The translations under genes were made by a program, and so were the position numbers. Shown piece after piece: positions 1 through 6,255 of a DNA stretch of 64,000 bases. The stretch lies in the IMG/VR virus record IMGVR_UViG_3300025913_000019, one strand, 5' to 3'. The DNA comes from a virus (taxonomy: Duplodnaviria > Caudoviricetes). Below the pieces are notes generated by a model that had not been told where the DNA came from, made no database searches, and was given only the letters and a program-made list of their open reading frames with translations. The first letter of the stretch is position 1. Each line of letters opens with the position of its first letter.

Positions 1-1
1 C

Positions 2-265
2 GTCGAGCTCTACTACAAGGACACGCACCAGGCCACTGGCGGCTTCCGCACTGCATCCTGTGCTGCCAGCTACCGCGTGCAAGGCCTCATCGACAACATC
101 GGCAACCCGCAGTTCGCGATGGTGCCGACGAACATGATGGCCACGAGCCTGCCGCCGACCATGTTCGCGGCCAACAGCATCCACGTCAATGACTTCTTCG
201 TCCTCGAGCGTCACTCGATTGGCTCCGCCATCGATCGCTTCCTCGACGCACCGCCGGCGCTCTGA
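2..265 (+). CDS. Hypothetical protein, 5'-truncated
   Basis: Frame open from base 2 (VELYYKDTHQ...) to TGA 263-265. Confidence 0.7.
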   Translation, partial: VELYYKDTHQATGGFRTASCAASYRVQGLIDNIGNPQFAMVPTNMMATSLPPTMFAANSIHVNDFFVLERHSIGSAIDRFLDAPPAL

Positions 266-266
266 C

Positions 267-1064
267 ATGGACAATCTCCAACCCGACGATGAAGACGAGG
301 GCATCGTCTACTTCCCGCCGAGCCGCGAGTCGATCCAGGCTGCCATCGACTACGCGAACCGTATGGACGCCTACGTGCGTTCTGTCTACGGGTCCGGCAT
401 CATGTACACGTACCACGATCCGCTCGACGTTCGCGACTTCGCACAGTTCTTCCGGCGCACGAAGGCCGAGGTCGAAGGCGCTCGGCCGCTGCCCTCCAAT
501 GTGGACAAGCTCTACACGGAGCGATTGACGGTGCCCGATGTACGTCACCCGGACATTCGTCCGGTCGAAGGCATTCCCTTCTACGACCAGAAGCCGCAGA
601 GCGCAGAGCTGCAGCGCGTGACCAAGCCCTGGGCCAACTACCCGGTGCAGGGCTTCATCGCTGACATCAGCGCGAAGATCGGCAAGGCCTTCGCGGTCGA
701 CCGCGAGCTCCTGGGCCAGATTGGGCGCGAGAGCACAGCCGACGCAATGACGATGACGTTCAAGGCCGCCGAGTCCTACTTCGACAAGATCAGGGACAAG
801 ATCCCGATGCCGACGATGGAAGGCTGGACCATCGAGTCCTGGTTCATCGTCTACATACGGCGTCGGCCGTGCGTCTTCACCTGTGGGTTCAGCCCCAATG
901 GAACGTACCACGAGATAGGGCCGAAGCCCTTCAAGCACGGACGTGCAGCACGCAAGTGGGCACGCCGGCAAGTCGGGCAGCTCATCATCGAGATGGTGCT
1001 GAAGCCTCCCGTCCCGCTCAACTGGACCAGCATCGAGATCATCACCGAGGGTCAACATGATTGA
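267..1064 (+). CDS. Hypothetical protein
   Basis: ATG 267 directly after the upstream stop; phage-like codon usage. Confidence 0.75.
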   Translation: MDNLQPDDEDEGIVYFPPSRESIQAAIDYANRMDAYVRSVYGSGIMYTYHDPLDVRDFAQFFRRTKAEVEGARPLPSNVDKLYTERLTVPDVRHPDIRPVEGIPFYDQKPQSAELQRVTKPWANYPVQGFIADISAKIGKAFAVDRELLGQIGRESTADAMTMTFKAAESYFDKIRDKIPMPTMEGWTIESWFIVYIRRRPCVFTCGFSPNGTYHEIGPKPFKHGRAARKWARRQVGQLIIEMVLKPPVPLNWTSIEIITEGQHD

Positions 1065-1644
1065 AGAAACCGCGATCCGTTCCATGCTCATGGAGCTGGA
1101 TGTCCCGCCTCACAAGCTGGACGTGTCGAAGCCCGACACCACCAAGTGGCTGCTCGACAACCTGCGAGTCCGCAACGTCGGCCACGTGGCCTACGCGCCG
1201 ATCATGGAGAACCTGATCCTCCTGTGCGAGCGCAAGAACTGGCTGAAGCACACGCGGCTCAAGTCCTATCGTGAGCACGTGGCGGAGGTGAAGAACAACG
1301 ACGCCTACCAGGCCTTGAAGGCCATGGTGAAGACGCCGGGGCCGTCCACCGGCCGCATGGACTCGGGCCGGACTCCTCCCTACCACAGCATCCCGGCTGG
1401 CCTGACGATCAAGCGTGCGCGGGAAGAGGCAGACAAGATGCTTCTGATCCCAAGGCAAGAGCCGAAGCCGGGTGCCAGGCTCATCATCACGATGCCCAAG
1501 GCCCGGCCTCCGGGCACCGGCATGGCCGTGATGGATGCACCTTACGGCCTTGGCAAGAGCAATGGCCCGCGTCGGCAGCGCGGTCGCATCAACGAAGAGG
1601 CCACTGCGGTTCGACTCGAAGAGGAGCTGAACCGCAAGACCTAA
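1057..1644 (+). CDS. Hypothetical protein
   Basis: 195-aa ORF overlapping the upstream stop. Confidence 0.75.
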   Translation: MIEETAIRSMLMELDVPPHKLDVSKPDTTKWLLDNLRVRNVGHVAYAPIMENLILLCERKNWLKHTRLKSYREHVAEVKNNDAYQALKAMVKTPGPSTGRMDSGRTPPYHSIPAGLTIKRAREEADKMLLIPRQEPKPGARLIITMPKARPPGTGMAVMDAPYGLGKSNGPRRQRGRINEEATAVRLEEELNRKT

Positions 1645-1650
1645 TTTCAT
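1642..1650 (+). promoter_or_regulatory. Motif B copy (TAATTTCAT), putative phage promoter
   Basis: Overlaps the stop of the upstream ORF, ~25 nt before the PEP-CTERM gene; matches four other copies. Confidence 0.4.
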
Positions 1651-1675
1651 TTCCTTCCAGTGAGAGGAGCGGATC

Positions 1676-2431
1676 ATGATGATTGCACTTGCGATCGCAG
1701 CAGCAACCCACGCGGCACCCGATGCGTGCTCGTGGGCTCAGCCTGGCCGCGATCCTTACCGAACCCGTGGTGAGCTGACGCGCGCCCTGGCCGACATGAA
1801 CATCGATTCGGCCGACAAGGCGCTCATCAAGGACAAGATGGAGCGCGTCGCGTACACCGAGATCGTGTCCATCGGTCGCGACCAGATCGACGGCTACGCG
1901 AACCTGCGCGACATGCACAGCGGTCACAGCACGTGCCATGGCCCTGTCAAGCGCGAGAGCTGGGACGCGAACCACGTCGAGCTCGCGCTCGTCTACTGCG
2001 GCAACGGTCCGACCTGCGTCGCCGTCCCCATCGTCTGCGACAACGTATCGCTGATCGACCGCGTGCCTCACGAGCAGGAGCCGGTGGCCGAGCTGGAGTT
2101 CGCACCGCCGGCTGCGGGCACACCCGTGACTGATCCCGCACCCGCGCCGGTCGAAGATCGCTCGTTCGCATTCGTGCCGGACGTGCCGACTGGCGGCTCC
2201 TACGGTGGAGGCGGCTTCGGCGGCGGTGACTATGGAGGTGGTGGAGGCGGCGGTCCCGTCTGGCCTCCGCACCCGCCCGCATCCGGTCCGGACTGTGGCT
2301 GCAAGCCGCCGCCTCCCGTGTGCCCGCCTCCGCCGCCCCCGATCAGCTCGGTGCCGGAGCCGGCTTCGCTCTGGCTCGCGGTTGCGGGTCTGCTGGTCCT
2401 GCGTTTCGTCAGGAAGATGAAGAAGAACTAG
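1676..2431 (+). CDS. PEP-CTERM surface protein, MHFG-family-like
   Basis: N-terminal signal peptide; LRDMHSG motif; Gly/Pro-rich linker; C-terminal VPEPASLWLAVAGLLVLRFVRKMKKN (VPEP + TM + basic tail). Confidence 0.85.
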   Translation: MMIALAIAAATHAAPDACSWAQPGRDPYRTRGELTRALADMNIDSADKALIKDKMERVAYTEIVSIGRDQIDGYANLRDMHSGHSTCHGPVKRESWDANHVELALVYCGNGPTCVAVPIVCDNVSLIDRVPHEQEPVAELEFAPPAAGTPVTDPAPAPVEDRSFAFVPDVPTGGSYGGGGFGGGDYGGGGGGGPVWPPHPPASGPDCGCKPPPPVCPPPPPPISSVPEPASLWLAVAGLLVLRFVRKMKKN

Positions 2432-2465
2432 AGGGTTGTGTCGTCCGATCAACTGGGAGATTCCT

Positions 2466-2657
2466 ATGGCATCCGACATTTGGCAACCGGTCAAGCGAGT
2501 TCCGACCCGTCGTGAAGAAGAGGCAAAGGCCGCCGAGCGCAAGGCGCAAGCTGCTCAGCCTCATCCCGTGCCCGGCAAGCCCGGGTTCTTCATCGACGGC
2601 CAGGGCCGCATGAGCTACAACCCCGATCTCGACAAGAACAAGCAAGCGTACAAGTGA
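2466..2657 (+). CDS. Hypothetical protein
   Basis: GGAG SD upstream of ATG 2466. Confidence 0.65.
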   Translation: MASDIWQPVKRVPTRREEEAKAAERKAQAAQPHPVPGKPGFFIDGQGRMSYNPDLDKNKQAYK

Positions 2658-2683
2658 GGAGGGACTCAACCAAGGAGTCTCAA

Positions 2684-2881
2684 ATGGCACTCAGCTCTCT
2701 GCTCGTCGTGATCCTCGTTCTCATCGTCATCGGCTTTCTGCTGTGGCTGGTGCAGACGAAGATCCCGATGGACCCGACGATCAAGACCATCATCTATTTC
2801 GTGGTGGTGCTCGCGGTCGTTCTCTGGCTGCTGAACGTGTTCGGCGTCCTCCACGCACTGACCGGCGTCCGCGTCGGATGA
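2684..2881 (+). CDS. Small two-TM membrane protein (Thivi_2564-family-like)
   Basis: AAGGAG SD; LLWLVQTKIPMDPTIKTII...VLWLLNVFG pattern. Confidence 0.7.
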   Translation: MALSSLLVVILVLIVIGFLLWLVQTKIPMDPTIKTIIYFVVVLAVVLWLLNVFGVLHALTGVRVG

Positions 2882-2888
2882 TCCACAG

Positions 2889-2898
2889 ACTGTAAAGA
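2889..2898 (+). promoter_or_regulatory. Motif A (ACTGTAAAGA), putative phage promoter
   Basis: Exact 10-mer, intergenic, also at 3130, 9754 and 11325. Confidence 0.6.
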
Positions 2899-2941
2899 CA
2901 AGGAGGTGACACATGTTATAGTCCAACAACGGAGCTATACC

Positions 2942-3127
2942 ATGAGTCGTTCGTACTACCACCGTCGCCATCGTCAATACTGGCGCACTCCGCATTACTG
3001 GATCACGCTGAACAACACCAAGCCCTGGCGTCAGGCGACTCGTCGCTTCTGTCAGGACCTGGTCAAGGGTCGTCGTGAGCTGGATGATGTGGAGCCGGTG
3101 GTTCAGCCCCTGCCCTACTGGGACTGA
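2942..3127 (+). CDS. Small basic hypothetical protein
   Basis: GGAG SD before ATG 2942. Confidence 0.6.
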   Translation: MSRSYYHRRHRQYWRTPHYWITLNNTKPWRQATRRFCQDLVKGRRELDDVEPVVQPLPYWD

Positions 3128-3129
3128 GA

Positions 3130-3139
3130 ACTGTAAAGA
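3130..3139 (+). promoter_or_regulatory. Motif A (ACTGTAAAGA)
   Basis: Exact intergenic copy. Confidence 0.6.
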
Positions 3140-3291
3140 AGGAGTACAAGGGCTTCGGCCCCCGTCAACAGGATAGCACCTGGCGAAACGGATGATGAAC
3201 ACGGCAAGCTGAACGTGCGAGTTGAGAAACGCACGGGCAGTTTTCGGGTAGCCACTCCCGATTCTTCATCAACGCCGTTAGGAGCTACACC

Positions 3292-3696
3292 ATGATCGCA
3301 TCGCAACAACCCCTGAACCTGACCGTCAACGTCTCCGGCTTCGTGCCGGTGGATGTGACCCTGCAACCGCTGCCGAGCCCCGCGACCAGTTCCGTGGCTG
3401 CGCCGGCGGTCATCAAGGAAGACGTGGTCCGTCGTGTCAACCTGCGGGACTTCATGTTCAAGCAGGTGGGCAAGTTCGTGACCATCGACTTCGTCAAGAA
3501 CGACGGCACCGACCGTATGCTGAACGGTCGCCTTGGAGTGCGGAAGCACCTGAAGGGCGGCGACAGCACGTTGGCCGATGCCGACAAGCCGTACTTGGTG
3601 GTCTATGACATGAAGGCGAAGGGTTACCGGGCAGTCAACCTGGAGACCGTGAAGGAAGTGCGTGCTCAACGGACGCGCTACACCGTGATCGGCTGA
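3292..3696 (+). CDS. SH3-fold phage protein (WYL_2/DUF2693-like)
   Basis: VTIDFVKNDGTDRMLNGRLGV...VVYDMKAKGYRAVNLE pattern. Confidence 0.55.
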   Translation: MIASQQPLNLTVNVSGFVPVDVTLQPLPSPATSSVAAPAVIKEDVVRRVNLRDFMFKQVGKFVTIDFVKNDGTDRMLNGRLGVRKHLKGGDSTLADADKPYLVVYDMKAKGYRAVNLETVKEVRAQRTRYTVIG

Positions 3697-3784
3697 TGGA
3701 ATTCCTGTAGGTGAGTAAGCCTGGACCCTCCCTAGCTTATTCGCGCGCACAGGCGGTGGGACTATTGCGAAGGTCCCAACCCCT

Positions 3785-3860
3785 GCTGTCTTAGCTCAGT
3801 TGGTAGAGCATCTGCCTTGTAAGCAGGAGGTCAAGGGTTCGAGTCCTTTAGGCAGCACCA
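3785..3860 (+). tRNA. tRNA-Thr(UGU)
   Basis: 76-nt cloverleaf; acceptor GCTGTCT/AGGCAGC; loop CTTGTAA; TTCGAGT T-loop; encoded CCA. Confidence 0.95.
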
Positions 3861-3879
3861 AACAACAAGAGGAGCCACT

Positions 3880-4308
3880 ATGTGGACGTGGAAGAGTGAA
3901 CTGAAGCGCTTCGGCGCAATCGTCGTGGTCGCAGCCGTCGGCATTGTCCTGATGGCCTCGACCACGAAGGCCAAGGCCACCGGCTACATGTACGGCGTGC
4001 CTCCGGGCGTCAAGGTCGACCACGATGTGAGCGGCGCCTTCGACGACACGGTCACGTTCGTGAGCCCGGCAACGGGCATCTACAACGTGACGTTCGAGGC
4101 CACGGACCTCCGTCCCATCAAGGTCGCAACCAAGTTCAAGATGGTGCAGCTGTCGACGACCCTCAAGGACGGCCGGCAGTTCTACAACATCACGCACAAC
4201 CCGGATGCCGCGATCTACGCAGAGCGCGGGCAGGTGTGGACCATCCGCTTCATCGGCACCTCGGCGGAACGCGGCGGCTCCTATTCGCTGCTGATCGATC
4301 CGCAGTAA
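3880..4308 (+). CDS. Exported/membrane-anchored hypothetical protein
   Basis: GAGGAG SD; hydrophobic N-terminal segment followed by a beta-rich domain. Confidence 0.75.
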   Translation: MWTWKSELKRFGAIVVVAAVGIVLMASTTKAKATGYMYGVPPGVKVDHDVSGAFDDTVTFVSPATGIYNVTFEATDLRPIKVATKFKMVQLSTTLKDGRQFYNITHNPDAAIYAERGQVWTIRFIGTSAERGGSYSLLIDPQ

Positions 4309-4319
4309 GACAAAGGCTG

Positions 4320-4400
4320 TGCCCGCTGCAGTCCTGGAGTCCTAGGCTCCAAAACCCTTCGGGGTAATAGCGGGAGACCGGGAGGCATGCCTCCCGGCAC
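4320..4400 (+). ncRNA. Structured non-coding element (three-way junction plus palindromic hairpin)
   Basis: CCCGCT/AGCGGG stem enclosing GGAG-TCCTAGG-CTCC and ACCC-TTCG-GGGT; perfect 20-nt palindrome 4378-4397. Confidence 0.45.
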
Positions 4401-4405
4401 CTATT

Positions 4406-4519
4406 CCGGGGGTGTCCAATGGGGGCCGCTAGTAGGGCGGGGCAAGGTACGAGACGCTGACGCGTTGCTTCCGAGCCCTGTGGCCAAACGCGCCAGGTTC
4501 GAATCCTGGAACCCGACCA
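4406..4519 (+). ncRNA. Degenerate tRNA-like RNA with ~50-nt variable insertion
   Basis: Perfect T-arm CCAGG-TTCGAAT-CCTGG (4493-4509), ends ACCA; only ~4 acceptor pairs; possible 7-nt loop TAGTAGG. Confidence 0.5.
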
Positions 4520-4523
4520 ACCC

Positions 4524-4654
4524 GAGTGCAGAGCTACGGGCCGAGGACCATGGGCCGTAATGGCGGTCACCGAGAACAAGCGGGAAGAAGTTGGTCACCT
4601 GACGGAGACCAGACCGGCGATGCTTGCGCGGCCTCGGTTCGTAGCTCTGCACTC
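4524..4654 (+). ncRNA. Unclassified RNA closed by a 23-bp stem
   Basis: 4524-4546 pairs with 4632-4654 (21 WC + 2 GU), enclosing 85 nt. Confidence 0.55.
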
Positions 4655-4686
4655 TTGTCCCCCAACCACAAACGAAGGTTCACCAC

Positions 4687-5067
4687 ATGAAGATCAAGCC
4701 CCGCAACGAGCACGTCGTCGTTCGCCGCATCCCCAGCCGTGAGAAGAGCAGCGGCATCATCATCCCGGGCCAGGAAACCGAGCGCGATCTCTTCGCCGTC
4801 ACCGCGGTGGGCCCCGGCGGCTTCACACCGGCCGGCACGCGTGCACCCATCGAGCTCGACGTCGGTCAGCCGATCGTTCCCGGCATGCTCGTCTTCGTCC
4901 GCCCCGGCGACTACGAGATGTTCGACTCGGACCCGAACAGCCCGGGCGACGAAAGCCTGCGCATGGTGATCCCGCAGTCGGCCATCATCGGCGTCGAGGT
5001 CGACGACAACGACCAGCCGCTGATGTTCGCCGAGCCCGCGCAGTCGATGATCGCGACCCTCAACTGA
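4687..5067 (+). CDS. groES: GroES/Cpn10-like co-chaperonin
   Basis: MKIKPRNEHVVVRR, mobile loop SSGIIIPG, VTAVGPG. Confidence 0.85.
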   Translation: MKIKPRNEHVVVRRIPSREKSSGIIIPGQETERDLFAVTAVGPGGFTPAGTRAPIELDVGQPIVPGMLVFVRPGDYEMFDSDPNSPGDESLRMVIPQSAIIGVEVDDNDQPLMFAEPAQSMIATLN

Positions 5068-5080
5068 CCAAGGAGCTGCC

Positions 5081-5380
5081 ATGAGCACAACCTGGAAGGA
5101 CGCGCTGGCGGACAAGCCGAGCGTCATCGATTTCGTGCAATCCATCGTCGACCAAGTTCCGACCACGGGCGGCGCCCAGGACGCATTCGAGATGGCGCTC
5201 AACGGCCTGGCGACCTTCGTGCCCGAAGAGATCCAGATCAAGGCCGACAAGTTCGACGCGCTGGTCGACGAAGGCGTCGACGAGTGGGCCGGCTACGAGT
5301 CCGCCATGGCCGAGTTCGAGGACGAGGACGGCGATGACGACTCAGATTCGGACGACGGCGACGAAGACGACGAGGACTGA
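5081..5380 (+). CDS. Acidic hypothetical protein
   Basis: AAGGAG SD; D/E-rich tail. Confidence 0.75.
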   Translation: MSTTWKDALADKPSVIDFVQSIVDQVPTTGGAQDAFEMALNGLATFVPEEIQIKADKFDALVDEGVDEWAGYESAMAEFEDEDGDDDSDSDDGDEDDED

Positions 5381-5382
5381 CC

Positions 5383-5661
5383 ATGGGCTGGCGCTCGTGG
5401 TTCGGCCTCAAGGAGCCGGTCCGGTTCATGGATGAGAGCGACGAGAAGGTTCGTGGCGCCCTCACCCTGCTGTCCCAGCTCGGTAGCAACAACGTCCACT
5501 GGAACGACGTGGACGTGATGGCGACGGCGAAGGCCGCGCTGTTCGAGGAACCCAGGTACGCACGCGCGGGCCTGGAACGCATCGCTGCCGCGGTGTCGCC
5601 CGGTGATCTCTTCATCAACGGAGTTGACATCGGCCTCCTGGCCGAGCGCGGCTTGCAATGA
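5383..5661 (+). CDS. Hypothetical protein
   Basis: 92-aa ORF coupled to the upstream gene. Confidence 0.7.
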   Translation: MGWRSWFGLKEPVRFMDESDEKVRGALTLLSQLGSNNVHWNDVDVMATAKAALFEEPRYARAGLERIAAAVSPGDLFINGVDIGLLAERGLQ

Positions 5662-5669
5662 GCAACGAA

Positions 5670-5707
5670 GGTACCCGGCACCTGGTTCGATCCCAGGGCC
5701 CGGTATC
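5670..5707 (+). other. Isolated T-arm/minihelix-like hairpin
   Basis: CCTGG-TTCGATC-CCAGG (5681-5697) on a ~9-bp lower stem; no 5' tRNA half found. Confidence 0.4.
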
Positions 5708-5717
5708 TCCGGCAGGG

Positions 5718-5832
5718 TGGAGAGTGACGAAATTGGTAGACGTGCTGCCTTGGCAAGGGTGGTGCCCCTCGGGTCTCGGCCGCCAACTGAGACAATGAGG
5801 ACCGCGTGCTGGTTCGAGTCCAGCCTCTCCAT
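5718..5832 (+). tRNA. Atypical class-II-like tRNA: anticodon GGC, 8-nt loop, 45-nt variable arm, no encoded CCA
   Basis: Perfect acceptor TGGAGAG/CTCTCCA; Leu/Ser-type D-arm ACG-AAATTGGTAGA-CGT; T-arm GCTGG-TTCGAGT-CCAGC. Confidence 0.75.
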
Positions 5833-5854
5833 TTCTCCGAAACGGTAAAGAAGT

Positions 5855-6070
5855 AACATCGCGTTGCAGCGATAGGGCAAGCTGATCGTGCCCTGGTTTG
5901 CGCCTGACCAAATTCGGCGTTCGCGCTCGTAGTGGTCGGCCGTAGTTGACATGTGCCTGGCATGTCTGCGCCTAAGCACTCTGTGCACAGATTAGAGGCC
6001 CGCCGGGTTGGTTGCAGATCCTTGCCGGCGGCCACCTACATGTAGCTTGCGTGCCAGACACGCGAGCCTG
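5855..6070 (+). ncRNA. Unclassified multi-hairpin RNA
   Basis: About seven consecutive hairpins in a gap with no credible gene, preceded by the motif-A variant ACGGTAAAGA (5842-5851). Confidence 0.45.
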
Positions 6071-6099
6071 ATTCCCCAACCACAGCCTAGGAGCTGAAG

Positions 6100-6252
6100 A
6101 TGAAGAAGACCCTGTTCTCCGCCGCACTGCTGATCGCGGTCGCCCTCGGTGGCGTCGCCATGGCCCAGGATTCGACGCCGGACGGCTGCATGCCCGGCAA
6201 CGGCGGCTCGGCCCCCATCTGCACCCCGGGCACGGGCCCCGGCGGCAAGTAA
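6100..6252 (+). CDS. 50-aa secreted peptide with two Cys
   Basis: AGGAG SD; MKKTLFSAALLIAVALGGVAMA signal + QDSTPDGCMPGNGGSAPICTPGTGPGGK; too short for the ORF track. Confidence 0.8.
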   Translation: MKKTLFSAALLIAVALGGVAMAQDSTPDGCMPGNGGSAPICTPGTGPGGK

Positions 6253-6255
6253 AGA

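Noticed and set aside
3200-3225. GAAAC and GATGATGA resembling hammerhead core pieces
   Set aside because: Order and spacing are incompatible, CUGA is absent, and the stems are missing
4306-4375. Twister/pistol-like look of GGAG-TCCTAGG-CTCC and nearby TAA
   Set aside because: Could not place P2 or the conserved GAGG/GAAG strand; not called a ribozyme (a self-cleavage assay would settle it)
4524-4654. SRP (4.5S), 6S or Y-RNA identity for the long-stem RNA
   Set aside because: No SRP domain-IV motif, no 6S-type central bubble recognised, and no internal T-loop
5681-5705. T-arm fragment as an attP/integration scar
   Set aside because: No integrase or direct repeat seen in the window
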